Shown here piece after piece: positions 1 to 12,900 of a stretch of DNA of 64,000 nt. This DNA comes from Mobula hypostoma (taxonomy: Eukaryota). The stretch lies in the NCBI RefSeq assembly GCF_963921235.1, contig NC_086121.1, positions 44,144,001 through 44,208,000 on the forward strand, given 5' to 3'. Position numbers and translations under genes: made by a program. The notes under the pieces are model-generated. The model had not been told where the DNA came from. It saw nothing but the letters and a program-made list of their open reading frames with translations, and did no database searches. Within the stretch, counting starts at the first letter, position 1. The number at the start of each line of letters is the position of its first letter.

Positions 1-139
1 CAATGTAATTAAGGAGGGAGTTCCAGGATTTAGAGTTGGAAATTCAGGAGTTTGTGACCAGTATTAAAGACCAAAATTTTATAAAATTTATAGCATTTTA
101 AGATGGAAGCAGTTCTTGAGATTGAAAAGAAGAGAATTG

Positions 140-682
140 AATCTTCCCAGTGATCAAACATTTTAATTCCGATTCTCATTCCCATTCTGACTTGTCAGTG
201 TATGGTCCCCTCTTGTGCCATGATTAGGCCACCCTCAGGATAGAAGAACAACACCTTATATTTCGTCTGGGTAGCCTCTAACCTGATGGCATGAATATCG
301 ATTTCTTCTTCTGGTTAAAAAAAATTCCTCTCCCACCTTGCTTCTTCTATTCCCATGCAGGGCTCTTACCTCTTACCTCTTCTTACCTGCCTATCACCTT
401 CCCCTGGTGACCCTCTTTCTTTCTTCCCTTTCTCCCATGGTCTACTCTCTTCTCCTATCAGGTTCTTCCTTCTCCATCCCTTTACCTATCCCCCCCCCCA
501 CCAGGTTTCACCTATCACCTTCTAGCTATCCTCCTTCCCCTCTCCCCAACTTTTTATTCTGGCATATTCCCCCTTCCTTTCCAGTCCTGAAGAAGGGTGT
601 TGGCCCAAAACGTTGGCTGTTGGTTCATTTCCATAGGTGCTGCCTGACCTGCAGAGTTCCCCCAGCACTTTGTGTGTGCTAC
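140..682 (+). mobile_element. Penelope-like element, 3' fragment (GIY-YIG C-terminus + pLTR)
   Basis: Degenerate HFNS..HSHSD...EEQHLIFRLG..PDGMNIDF, pyrimidine-rich UTR and degenerate hammerhead motif. Confidence 0.8.
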
Positions 683-1909
683 AAATGAATCTTCTGTTTC
701 TTCTGTTTATAAATCTTACCAGGATTAGCATCTTTTGATGAATAGTGTAGGCAGAACCAATTCTGGAAACCATTTGAAACTTTACATTACATATATTGCT
801 ATAAAAAGCTGTAAACAGCATTTGTAGGAATTTAACACAGAGATATGTGATGGTTTAACAATATATTGAACATTTTGTCCTGATCAAATGCTTTCATCTT
901 GGTTTACAAAACAACATAATTGTGTTTGCTGGTGTCAAAATCTATTGCAAACAATTGATATGATCCTGTGTGGTCCAGAAAGTTAAGACACTTAACTCCA
1001 AGACAAACTGGCTCATTGAATGCAAAATTGGATTGCTAGAAGGATGCTTTTCCCATTGAAAGTCTGAGACCAGAGGTGTACCTCAGAGATCAGTGATGAG
1101 ACCTTTGCTGTTTGCTGTATGCACTAATAACTTGGATTTTGAGAAGCCAAATAAAGGTAGGATATACACAATAAATAGTAAGTCGCGAAGGAATGTCGAT
1201 GAACAAAGAGATCTAGGTGCCCAAGCCCATAATTTCCAGAAAGTGGTAACACAGGTGGTAAAGAAGTTCAAATTCCAAAGTAAATTTTATTATCAAAGTA
1301 CATGTATGTTACCATACACAACCCTGAGATTCATTTTCTTGTGGGCACACTCAGCAAATCTATAGAATAGTAACTATAACAGAATCAGTGAAGGATCAAC
1401 CAGAGTGCAGAAGACAACAAGCTGTGCAAATTCACATTTAAATAAATAGCAATAAATATTGAGAACCTGAGATAGTGAGATAAAGAGTCCTTAAATGAGG
1501 TGATTGGTTGTAGGAAAATTTCAATGATGTGGTAATTGAGTGTAGTTATCCCTTTTTACTCAAGAGCCTGATGGTTGAAGCATAGTAACTATTCTTCATC
1601 CTGGTGGTGTGAGTCCTCAGGTATCAGGGAGCAGCATGACCTGGATGGTGGGGATCTCTGATAATGGAGCCTGCTTCCCTATGACAGTATTTCATGTAGA
1701 TGTGCTCAATGGTTGGACGGGTTTTACCCATGATGGACTGGGCCAAATTGACCACCTTTTGTAGGATTTTGCATTCAAAGGCATTGGTGGTTCCATCCCA
1801 GGCTGTGATGTAGTAAGTCAGTATTCTCTCCATCATACATTTGTAGAAATTTCTCAAAGATTTAGATGTCATGCAAATGTCTGCAGATTTCCAAGGAAAT
1901 AGGTGTGCT

Positions 1910-2328
1910 AACAACAGGAATTCTGCAGATGCTGGAAATTCAAGCAACACACATAAAGGTTGCTGGTGAACGCAGCAGGCCAGGCAGCATCTGTAGGAAG
2001 AGATGCAGTCGACGTTTCAGGCCAAGACCCTTCGTCAGGACTAACTGAAGGAAGAGTGAGTAAGGGATTTGAAAGTTGGAGGGGAAGATCCAAAATGATA
2101 GGAGAAGACAGGAGGGGGAGGGATAGAGCCAAGAGCTGAACAGGTGATAGGCAAAAGGGGATACGAGAGGATCATGGGACAGGAGGTCCGGGAAGAAAGA
2201 CAAGGCGGGGGGGGGACCCAGAGGATGGGCAAGAGGTATATTCAGAGGGACAGAGGGAGAAAAAGGAGAGTGAGAGAAAGAATGTGTGCATAAAAATAAG
2301 TAACAGATGGGGTACGAGGGGGAGGTGG
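1910..2328 (-). mobile_element. Penelope pLTR/3' UTR copy with intact hammerhead motif
   Basis: Near-identical to the reverse complement of 33280-33697. Confidence 0.85.
2008..2041 (-). ncRNA. Minimal type I hammerhead ribozyme motif (Penelope-associated)
   Basis: Reverse complement reads GTC-CTGACGA-AGGGTCTTGGCCT-GAAAC-GTC-GAC. Confidence 0.75.
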
Positions 2329-2679
2329 CTGCCGTGTTTTCTACACAATTGTACTTATGTGCTGGGTCTAGGACAGGTCTTCTGAAATATGAAAAACTGG
2401 GAATTTTAAGTTGCCAACCCTCTCCACCTCTGACCCTCTGATGAGGATCTCTGGTTTCCCTCTCCTGAAGGAGGTTGTTGTTATCTCCCTCCTGTATGCT
2501 GTCATGTACCATTCAACCAGGTCTTCTAATATACAGAGACAAACTACAACAAATTCAGAGTGGATTACATTATTTATGTCATTTATTAACTTACTTGCAA
2601 GGGAAGGTATATTTCCTGTCAAGTTTCATCTGGAAAAAAATAGCTTTAATCTTATGCTTCAACCAAAGCACCTTTATAG

Positions 2680-5600
2680 CAATACACACAAAATGCTGGA
2701 AGAATTTAGCAGGCCAGGCAGCATCTATGGTAAACAGTAAACAGTCGACACTTCAAGCCGAGACTCTTCATCAGGCCTGGCAAAAAGGATGAAAGTTTAA
2801 AGATGAGGAAGGGGGATGAAGAAGTACACGGTGGTAGGTAATAAGTGAAACAGAGAGAGTGGGAGGGCTGAAGTGAAGAGCTGGGAAGCTGATAGGTGAA
2901 AGTGCTGGAGAGAGGGAGCAGCTAGAAAAAAATCATTAGAAGGGAAAAGATGAAATATGAAAGCAAGCTAGCAAATAATATCAAAGTGGATAGTTAAAGA
3001 TTTTTCAAGGATGTTAAAAATAAAAAAGAAATGAGAATGGATATAGGACTGCTAGAAAATGAGGCAGGAGAAATAATAACTGGGGACAAGGAGATGGCTG
3101 ATGAACTAAATGAATATTTTGCATCATTCTTCACTGTGGAAGACACTAGCAGTATGCCTGATGTTGTAGTGTGTGAAGGAACAGAAGTGGCTGCAGTTAC
3201 TGATACAAGAGAGAATGTGCTCAAAAAGCTAAAAGACCCAAAGGTGCATCAGTCACCTGGACCAGAGGAACTTCATCCCAGGTTTCTGAAAGAGGTAGTG
3301 TGAGAGATTGTGATGGCATTAGTAACGATCTTTCAAAAATCATTTGATTCTGGTAAGGTCTTAGAGAACTGGAAAATTGGAAATGTTACTCCACTCTTTA
3401 AGAAAGGAGGAAGGCTACAGAAAGGAAATTATAGACCAGTTAGCCTGACCTCAGTGGTTGGGAAGATGTTAGAGTCAATTGTTAAGGATGAGGTGATGGA
3501 GTGCTTGGTGCCACAGGACAAGATAGTACAAAGTCAACATGGTTTCCTTCAGGGAAAATCCTGCCCGACGAACCTGTTAGAATTCTTCGAGGAGATTACG
3601 AGTAGGATAGATTAAGGAAATGCAGTGGATTTTGTATATTTGGACTTTCAGAAGGCCTTTGACAAGATGCCACACATGAAGCTGCTTACCAGGTTAAGAG
3701 TCCATGGTATTACAGGAAAGTTACTAACAAGGTTAGTGGACTGGCTGATTGGTAGGAGGCAGTGAGTGGGAATAAAAACATCCTTTTCTGGTTGGCTGCC
3801 AGTGACTAGTGGTGTTCTGCAGGAGTTGGTATTGGGACCACTTATTTTTATGCTGTATATAAATGATTTAGATCATGGAATAGATTGCTTTGTTGCCAAG
3901 TTTGCAGATGACATGAAGATTGGTGGAGGGGCAGGTAGTGTTGAGGAAACAGGTAGGTTGCAGAAGGACTTAGACAGATTAGGAGAATGGGCAAGAAAGT
4001 GGCAAATGAAATACAATGTTGGAAAATGCATGGTCCTGCACTTCCGTAGTAGAAATAAATGTATGGACTATTTTCTAAACGGGGATAAAATCCAGGTATC
4101 TGAGATGCACAGGGACTTGGGAGTCCTCCTGCAGAACACCCTGAAGGTTAACTTACTGGTACAGTCAGTGGTGAGGAAGGCAAATGCCATGGTAGCATTC
4201 ATTTCAGGAGGTCTAGAATACAAGAGCAAGGATGTGATGCTGAGGCTTTATAAGGTACTGGTGAGGCCTCACCTTGAGTATTGTGAACAGGTTTGGGCCC
4301 CTCATCTTAGAAAAGATGTGCTGGCAGTGGAGAGGGTCCAGAGGAGGTTCACAAGGATGATTCCAGGAATGAAGGAGTATCATACAACGAATGTTTGATG
4401 ACTCTGGGTCTGTACTCGCTGGAATTCAGAAGGATGAGGGGAGATCTCATTGAAACTTTTCAAATGTTGAAGCACCTAGACAGAGAAGATGTGGAAAGGA
4501 TGTTTCCCATGGTGGAAGAGTCTAGGACATGAGGGCACAGCCTCAAAATAAAGGGGCACCCTTTCAAAACAGAGATGCAAAGAAATTTCTTTAGTCAAAG
4601 GGTGGCGAATTTGTGGAATTTGTTGCCACATGCAGCTGTGGAGGACAGGTCGTTGGGTGTATTTAAGGTAGAGTTTGATCGGTTCTTGATTGGACGTGGC
4701 ATCAAAGGATACAAGGAGAAAGCCAGGATCTGGGGTTGAGGAGGAGATTAAAAAAGGAAGGGCCGGATGGCCTAATTCTGCTCCTATGCCTTATGGTCTT
4801 GTGGTTTTATGGATCCGATAGGAGAGGGTAAAAGACCCTGGAAGAAAAGGAAGTGAGGGAGCACCAGAGGGAGTTGATGGGCAGGCAAGGAGGTGAGGTG
4901 AGAAAGGGAAACAGGAATGGGAATGGTGAAGGGGGTGCAACTACCAGAAGGTTGACAAATCGATATTCAAGCCATCAGGTTGGAGGCTACACAGATAGAA
5001 TATAAGGTGTTGCTGTTCTAACCTGAACATGGCCTCAAGGTGGCAGTAAAAGAAGCCATGGACTGACATGTCGGATTGAGAATAGGAAGATGAATTGAAG
5101 TGGGTTGCCACTGGGAGATCCCGCTTTTTCTAGCAGACAGAGCGTAGGTGTTCGACGAAGCAGTCTCCCACTCTACATCGGGTCTCACAGATATACAAGA
5201 GGCCACACTCAGAGCACCGGGCACAGTATATGACCCAACAGACTCCCAGGTGAAGGACTGTTTAGGGCCCTAAATGATAGTGAGGGAGGAGGTGTAGGGC
5301 CAGGTATTCTACTTGCAGGTAGGGAGGTTGCGGAGAATTATGTGCTGTACACAGAGGTTACTGGGGTCATAGGTGAGGACAAGAGGAACCCTATCCCTGA
5401 TGGGGTGAGAGCAGACGTGCATGCCAAAGAGATGCTGGTGATGGCAGTGTTGATGGTGGAGGAAGGAAAGCCCTTTTCTTTGAAGAAGGAAGATATGTCC
5501 TTAATGCTGGAATTAAAAGCCTCATCCTGAGAGCAGATACAGCAAAGATGGAGGAACTGAAAGAAGGGGATAGCATTTTTGCAAGTGACAGGGTGGGAAG

Positions 5601-5930
5601 AGCTATTGTCCAGGTAGCTGTCAGAATCAATGGGTTTGTAAAAGATATCAGGAGATAAACTCTACAGAGATAGAGACAGAGAGATTGAGAAAGGGGAGGG
5701 AGGTGTCGGAAATGGACCAGGTAAATTTGAGGGCAGGGTGGAAGTTAGAGGCAAAGTTGATGAAGTTGACAAGCTCAGCATGAGTGCTAGAAGCAACCAC
5801 AATGCAGTCGGCAATGTAGCGTAAAGAAAGTTGGGGAGTGATACCAGTGTAAGCTGGGAACATGGCCTGTTCCATGTAGTCAACAAAAAGGAAAGCATAA
5901 CTGGGGTCCACGTGAGTGCCCATGGCTTCA
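2680..5930 (-). mobile_element. Older Penelope-like element (pLTR, GIY-YIG and RT fragments) split by a CR1 insertion
   Basis: MGTHVDPSYAFLFVDYMEQ...LRYIADCI...FINFASNFHPALKFTWSIS (Penelope RT). Confidence 0.8.
2930..4810 (+). mobile_element. CR1 LINE, 5'-truncated ORF2 (RT) with 3' tail
   Basis: NYRPVSLTSVVGK, QHGF, KFADD, RPHLEYCEQVWAPHL motifs with stops; (cttatggt)-like tail. Confidence 0.9.
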
Positions 5931-5934
5931 CATT

Positions 5935-6905
5935 TGCTAAATCTTCTAATGCTGATGCCATGTTAATCAGGTCCGTGCTGTTTTACCAGTTCCATAGGCA
6001 AATATTACCTTTCCCAGGGACAACACTAAGTCCTTTTACTCCAGGGTTAGCATTGTCCTTTGAAGGCATATAGGTCATTCTCTAAATCACTCGTTTCCAA
6101 GTTTATATCCCATCTGCCCCCTGTGAAATTCTGACAGTACCGATAAGGGGAAGAATGGGTTTATGTTTCTTTTCCCCAACATTGTTGCACCAACGTATCC
6201 TGGGCAGAGGTTTTGGACCAATTAAAATAACAGTTCATTTCTGTTCCATTAAAGGGCACACCTGTGCCTGGACCTCCGTACAAACCCAGGCACCACATGT
6301 GCCTGGACCTCCATACAAACCCAGCAGCTTAGGATATTGGTCCTGTTTGCACATTCCTAAGAAAGTGTTCATGGCAGTTACACTTGTCAGAGAAAAAACA
6401 AGGGCTAATCCAATCGCTGTCATTAGGACTCTCAGTGGTTTTATATATTTTTTCACATCTTTAGGCACATTCTTACAGTGAGAAGCGTGAATCCACGATG
6501 GCTTTTCCCTTAACTTAATGGCTATATTAGTAACCAGCAATACCTGAAATGATCCTTCAAATCAAAGTTCCAAACAATTCTTTCTTTTAAATGTTCGCAC
6601 CACCACGTAATCTCTGGGCTCAATGTCGTGGTACTTAGTGTCTGCTCAAGGTTGCTGGGCTTCTATTACCTGTTGATGATATCTGGTAAAACAATAGTTC
6701 AGATTATGCTCATCCAAGTTATGCAGATCCATCTGTTTAACTCCCAGTGGCACATCCAATGGCATGCACAAGGGCAGTCCCATTATGATTTCATGTAGAG
6801 GTTAACCAATGGTTCTATTAGCAGAGGCCCAAATACTCATCTGAACCAAAGGCAGCATCCAAGTCCACTTTAGTCCAGTTTCCTCACACATTTTGCTAAA
6901 TATTG
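5935..6905 (-). mobile_element. Endogenous retrovirus relic: integrase C-terminus followed by env N-terminus (class I, gamma/epsilon-like)
   Basis: Minus strand reads LAKMCEETGLKWTWMLPLV...HEIIMG and EGSFQVLLVTNIAIKLREKPSWIHASHCK, then a hydrophobic leader and, in a shifted frame, NILSCWVCMEV. Confidence 0.75.
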
Positions 6906-6968
6906 TGAGGTTATCCTCAAAGTCACAGTAGAGAGAAGAGTCACCCTAATGCTTCTCTGCTTATCTTT

Positions 6969-7165
6969 GCAACACACACAAAACGCTGGTGGAACACAGC
7001 AGGCCAGGCAGTATCAAAAGGAAGAAGTACAGTTGACCTTTCGGGCCGAGACCCTTTGTGGTCCGAGATGTGGACTGTACTTCTTTCTATAGATGCTGCC
7101 TGGCCTGCTGCGTTCCACCAGCGTTTTGTGTGTGTTGCTTGAATTTTTGGCATCTGCAGATTTTC
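6969..7165. repeat. Fold-back made of two inverted Penelope pLTR termini, inside an RTE-like fragment (6905-7250, minus strand)
   Basis: gcaacacacacaaaacgctggtggaac... versus ...gttccaccagcgttttgtgtgtgttgc; flanking LFNLVIDWAMRQT resembles RTE RT. Confidence 0.7.
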
Positions 7166-7249
7166 TCGTGCCTGCTTATCTTTCATTGTTTGCCTCATAG
7201 CCCAGTCAATCACCAGGTTAAATAATATCACCGACATCACTCAATCTTG

Positions 7250-7570
7250 TTTGATAAGTTATTAACTTCAAACTTTCTGCATGATCACTCAAAGAGTTGA
7301 ACTGCACGTGCATGTAACGAGAGCTGTATAACTCACCTCCTTCTACCTTAGGCCACAAACTTATCAATCAACCCTACTGTGGACCACTTTCTGGAGGTCC
7401 AAGATGCCGACTTCTACAAAAAAGAGATCCGTATGCTCCAGTATGCTCCAAAAGCGCTAGACTAAGTGTGTAAATGTAGGAGGGGATTATGTTGAAAAAT
7501 AAATGTGCTAGGTTTTCTAAAATTGACTCCTCCTACCTTAGGCCATGAACTTACCAATCACCCCTTGTAT
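7250..7570 (+). mobile_element. Non-autonomous mariner-like element
   Basis: KCVNVGGDYVEK* transposase C-terminal motif; repeated terminal motif taggcca..aactta.caatca. Confidence 0.55.
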
Positions 7571-9544
7571 GAAGACAAAACATTACACATATATTGGCTT
7601 TTGCTTGTTTTAAGCAGCTTTTTGCAACAGAAAAAGTTTTTTTGAATTTCACCATCATTTACAAATCTTACAAATGCTACAACATGACATTTATTGGTGA
7701 AATTTGTTGACTCATCAACCTGGATAGAGAACCTGTTGTGTTTCAGTTTATCACACAAAACCTCTTCAGCATCATGTGACATGTCATCAATACATCGACT
7801 TATCGTACTGTTTGAAAGTGGCCTCTTTCTCGCCCGAACAAAAACCATGCAAGAGCCCATCCTTGAGCTACTATATGGGGACGACTGTACTCTTCTCACT
7901 CACTCAGAGGACATTCTACAGGCTGCAGTCACTAAATTTGCCAAGGCTGCAAGGACTTTTGGGTTAATGCTCAGATAAAGAAAACAATGATCCTCCATCA
8001 GAAGCTCCCTCGTGGTGTTTACAATCCACCTCGGGTCATCATTGACGACCACTCTCTCACTACGGTTGAACAGTTCACCTACCTGAGCAGTGCCATCTCC
8101 AACGATGATAATGTATGAAGGGACATTGACAATCGACTCACCAGAGCTTGCAGTGCCTTCAGGTGCCTCCAGAAACGTGTGGAAGAACCACCAGCTGCGT
8201 CCGTCCACAGAAAGCCAGGTGTACAGGGCTACCGTCATCACAACTCTGCTATACGGCTCCAAATCCCGGAGCACCATTAGTACAGATGCCAAGGAAACGT
8301 ACCTCAAGGAAATCGGCTTCCTCAAGCACTTCCATTATCACTGCCTCCACTCCATCATGGGTATCAGCTGGCAGCATCATGTCTCCAACAACAAGTAGCT
8401 CAACTTCCAAGCATTGAAGCCACTTTGCCACTCAGGAATCTCCGCTGGCCAGGCCACGTATCTCGCATGGACAACTCCAGATTACCAAAAGCAGTATTCT
8501 ATGAAGATACTGTGTCAGGGCAAGAGAGATCATGGTGCTTTGGGCAAGAGCTACAAAGGCCAACTTAAGCAGTAGCTCTCTCAGGCAAATATGGAGGTCA
8601 GTGAGTGGCAGCGGCTGGCTTGTGACAGCGACTGCTGGAGAACGCTGATGCAGGAAGTATCCTACTACCCAGGTGCCTGCATCCCAGCTATTCCCGTGTC
8701 CCTACTGCTCCAGAGTCTGCAGATCCAGAATTAGCCTTTACAGACACCAATGATCATGCTGTCACTCCTGAGCATGAAACCTTTTCAATTCCTCGTACTG
8801 CATCTTGTCCTAGCACTATACTCATGATAATCTTACATGTTGGCATATTAGGTTCTCACCAACTTTGTGACTTTTCCTTTTCTGGGTAGTAAGCTCTGCT
8901 ACTAAATAACTTGCATTCTGAGTCTTTTTAATAACTGTGACTTCATCAACAAAAACTTTATTCTGTTTGCTTTGAGATTCCAATAGCTGTTTAAAATAAC
9001 CAGCACTTTTATGTGGCATATGGCTGTGATTTATAGTTAGGTGTCTTTTCAATTTTGCTGGAGCTATTTCTGCGTTTGTAAGTTGTTTGCCACAGACTAG
9101 GCACAATGGAATAGGATAACTCGGATCACCAGTCCATGTAAAATCCATTGGTAAGTAGCTTTCATTGTAAAGACAGACTTTTTTGTGTTCGTTGTTACAC
9201 TAGTGCAGTGAAATGACTCAGAACATTGTAACTCAAATATCACCACAATGGACCATCAGACATGTCTGTAATGCACAGGGGTTAATAAGATGTAAAAATG
9301 GGTGAGTCAATTCAATGCTCAGAAAATGCACTTCACACTCCTCATCAGCCTACCATCCTCCCTTGCATGCAATACAGCACTCTCCAATTATCAGCCTACC
9401 CTTCTCTCCCCTATCTCCTGTCAAACACTGAGAATGGACTCAAACAAATAAACATGGTCCTACTGCGCACTTGCATATTGGGCTGAGAGACCTCTAATGA
9501 GATGTTTTTTTTTAATCTCGCGGAACTCCAACTGAGAAACCCTG
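7570..9544 (-). mobile_element. hAT (Charlie/Buster, SCAND3/ZBED8-like) DNA transposon fragment, interrupted by an RTE
   Basis: PLCLVCGKQL...KLKRHL...H, ASYLVA, PLSNSTISRCIDDM, FSIQVDEST; terminus CAGGGTTTCTCA next to a Charlie-like target gcctagag. Confidence 0.85.
7822..8800 (+). mobile_element. RTE/BovB-like LINE 3' fragment
   Basis: ELLYGDDC...FAKAARTFGL, VYRATVITTLLYGS, FHYHCLHSIMGISWQ. Confidence 0.8.
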
Positions 9545-9870
9545 GCCTAGAGAGAGTGGATGTCCCAAAAATTGGGTGAGTACAGCCTCAGAATAGAGGA
9601 TGTTTATTTAGGACAGAGATGAGGATGAATTTCTTTAGCCAGAGCATGAAGATGCTGTGGAATTCATTGCCATGGATGGCTGTGGAGGCCAAGTCATTGA
9701 GTATATTTAAAGCAGAGGCTGATAGGTTCTTGATTAGTCAGGATGTCAAAGGTTACAGATAGAAGGTAGGAGAATGGGATTCAGAGGTCTAATAAAATCA
9801 TGATGAAATGGTGGAGCAGACTCAATGGACCAAATGGGTAGATTCTGCTTTTATATCTTATGGTCCTATC
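9545..9870 (+). mobile_element. CR1 3' end fragment
   Basis: Homologous to 4490-4810. Confidence 0.75.
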
Positions 9871-10674
9871 GTTGGACTGAACAATCTGAAGAAAAGATTT
9901 TTGTACATGTAAAGTGACAGAAGAGGGAATTACTTGCTCTAAAATGATGATCTCTGGTTGAATGCCCAAGTTGAGCAGTCTTTCATTGATTTTCTTACGG
10001 TTATTCTATAGAATGAAATGATTCTCAGGGCTGTATATGGTGACAGATATGTACTTAGATAATGAATTTACTTTGAACTTTGAAGCTGTTGGCTTTTTTA
10101 GGAAACATTAATTTTATTGCTGCGGAATCTGAGGAAACAAAATGTAGTTACAAGGGACTAAACTATGACTTTTCCGTAGAAGCTTAAGCCCAGATTCAGA
10201 CGTTTCACTGTAGAGATCGTTGGGAGTCCTAACCTATAAAGCATTTGAAAATGGACCAAACATGCATGAACATCACATTGGTTCCCATAGTAACAGTAGT
10301 TTTTTTAACAGAGAAGTGGACAGTCTAATTTCTGGGCTGAAATGCCAGGAAACCGGAATCCTTGTGTAGAGCATTCATTAAATGTCCTCAGAATCCTGGA
10401 GAAGAAAGATTTAGTGGGGTCTGGTCTAGAATAGCAGGGTCAAGTACCTACATACATATGGCAGTTCAGATAGACGCAGGAAGTTGCTCAGAGGGGCATA
10501 GTTACAAAGATGCCCAGTTTACAATTGGTTAGTTATTTTGAGGGGCTGAGAAAGAGTTTGACTCTGCTGAGAAGCTGTGGAAGTTCTACTGATACGTTCA
10601 AAATCCTGAGACTGCATTCAGGGCGGATGACAAATTACCAATAGGGCCTGTGCCCAGAGCACATTATTTACTCA

Positions 10675-11245
10675 CACACTTGGTGGCCACTTTATTAGGT
10701 ACCTCCTGTACATAATAAAGTGGTCTCTGAGTCTCCGCCCGTTGAGTGTCTTCCTCTACCCATCCATTTCAAGGTTCAACGTGTTGTGCATTCAGAGATG
10801 GTCTTCTCCACACCAGTGTAGTAATGCATGTTTATCTGAGTTACTTTTGCCTCTTGTCAGCTTGAACCAGTCTAGCCATTTTTCACTGACCTGTAATTAA
10901 CGGTATTTTTATCCACCAAACTGTCACTCACTGGATTTTTTTTGGTTTATTTTTTGCACCATTCTCTGTCAACTCTAGAGACCGTTGTGGGTGAAAATCC
11001 AAGGAGATTAGCAGTTTCTGAGAAACTCAAACCACCCTGTCTGGCACTAACAAATCATTCCACAGTCAAAGTCACTTGGATCCCATTTCTTCCCCATTCT
11101 GATGTTTGGCCTGAACAACAACTGAACTTCCTGACCATGTCTGCATTCTTTTATGGGCAGAGTTACAGCCTCATGATTGGCTGATTAGATACTTGCATGA
11201 ACAAGCAGGTGTACAGGTGTGCATAATGAAGTGGCCACTTAGTGT
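10675..11245. mobile_element. Tc1-like non-autonomous element with terminal inverted repeats
   Basis: cacttggtggccactttattaggtac ... gtgcataatgaagtggccacttagtg. Confidence 0.7.
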
Positions 11246-11503
11246 TCTGTCTTTTGTCTACTGATGTTAACTTATGTTTGACTTGTTATCATGTCCTCCT
11301 GCTGCTGTTGATGCTGAAAAACAACATTTATATCATGTGTTCATATGTCGATGACAATAAACTTAAACTAGAAAAGATTGTATATTGCATACTGTATTAC
11401 TGCAGATGTAAATTTAATACAAATGTATTTTTCATTCATTTTACAGGATGCTTATATTTAATAGTTCATAACTGAGAATTTTCTTTTCCAGAGTTTGAAG
11501 AAA

Positions 11504-11521
11504 ATGGCTAAAGTATTTTTG
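11504..11521 (+). CDS. First coding exon of the mucin-like gene (exon 11492-11521), MAKVFL, start of signal peptide
   Basis: Acceptor ttttcttttccag, ATG in strong Kozak context (AAAATGG), perfect donor TG|gtaagt, phase 0. Joins in frame to 12867. Confidence 0.7.
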
Positions 11522-12014
11522 GTAAGTTTATCAGCATAGAATAATGTGAAATGGTCATTTTCTGTCCACTGTTTACTCATTAACTCTGTGAAAGGTTTAG
11601 AAAGAGAGATTATGGTGTTTGACACATTTTATGTTGTGAGCTGATCAGGCTGTAGCTTCAAGGGTTAACGAACCTTCCTTGAGGGTCCTGGAAGAAGTTC
11701 TTACTTTCTGGCAGGCTCAAAGGGTTGAATGGCCTTTGCCTGACCCAATTTTTCTGGTAAAGCAATGTGGTATGAATGCATTAGTCAATTACAACAGAGA
11801 TCTACCTTTCCACATTGGGATCCGGGTCCCCTGAACACTGCTGTTCAGAAGGTTGGCTGGTGTTTAGGAACATTTTCTACAGAGAGGGCCCTTCAGATTC
11901 CTCACAACTTCAGCAAACAATTAATCATGCCTTAGATGTCACTGTTTCTTGATTTCCTTTGGGGTTGCAAACTGTTACATCCATTTGGAGGCTGTGAAAT
12001 ATTTTAATCAATAT

Positions 12015-12740
12015 GTTTAGTTAGATAAGGTAGTGAAAAGTACATAGGGGATATGTACTTTCATTAGCCAGGACACAGACTTTAACAGCAGGGAGATTAT
12101 TGTGCAACTTCATAAAACGTTGATTTGGCCACAGCTGGTGAATTGTGTGCATTACTCTGTGGGAGAGTATGAAACAGAAACGTACACATATGCTGGAGAG
12201 GCTGCAGAAGAGGTTCATCAGGAACCCTATAAAACCCTAGTTAGACCACACTTCAAATATTACATTCAGTTCTGGTCACCTCAGTTATAGGAAGGGTGTG
12301 GTAGCTTTAGAGCGGGTGCAGAGGAGATTTACCAAGATGCTGCTTTGATTCTGGAAAATGTCTTATGAGGATAGGCTAAGTGAGCTAGGGCTGTTCTCTC
12401 TGGCGAGAAGGAGGATGTGAGATGACGTGATAAAATTGTACAAGATGTATACCCATTTAGTAGGGTGGAAAAGGCTAATATTTACGAGGGGCATAATTTT
12501 AATGCACAGGGGAGATGTCAGAGATACGTTTTCATACACAGAGAGCAGTGGGTACATGAAAAGCACTGCCCAGTCTGGTGGCAGAGGAAGATACATTAGG
12601 AACATTAAATAAACTCTTAGTTAGGCATATGAATGACAGAAAAGTGGAGGGCAGGTTTAAATTGATTTTAGAGTAAGTTATAAGGTTGAAACAACATCAT
12701 GTAGGGTCTGTACTGTGGCATTGTGCTCTATGTTTTATTG
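12015..12740 (+). mobile_element. Degenerate CR1 3' fragment(s)
   Basis: YKTLVRPHFKYYIQFWSP motif. Confidence 0.7.
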
Positions 12741-12866
12741 CTTCAGATTATTGCAGAATAACAAGATGCGAGTTTCATTTGAGTTACTGAACCAACATTT
12801 TTCGTACTTATTTACAAGCCAAGCATGTTGTGATTTTGTTTCACACAAGTCTTTGTTTAATCCCAG

Positions 12867-12900
12867 GCATTTCTAACTGTTATCATACACTGCATCACCA
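12867..12900 (+). CDS. Second coding exon, AFLTVIIHCIT(+1 nt), hydrophobic core of signal peptide
   Basis: Acceptor ctttgtttaatcccag, donor A|gtaagt, phase 0 to 1. Gives MAKVFLAFLTVIIHCIT, a typical signal peptide, with a phase compatible with all downstream phase-1 exons. Confidence 0.7.

Larger units (their letters stand above)
1262..2480 (-). mobile_element. Rex1/Babar-type non-LTR retrotransposon 3' fragment, interrupted by a Penelope pLTR
   Basis: ILTYYITAW...LQKVVNLAQSIMG...IEHIY...IIRDPHHPGH, homologous to the RT C-terminus at 44139-45344. Confidence 0.75.

Noticed and set aside
7558-9148. Domesticated SCAND3/ZBED8 gene
   Set aside because: Fragmented, frameshifted and interrupted by an RTE; an ordinary hAT fossil.
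10100-11490. Promoter or non-coding first exon of the mucin gene
   Set aside because: The acceptor at 11491 implies an upstream exon, but I could not identify a convincing TATA box and donor pair by eye.
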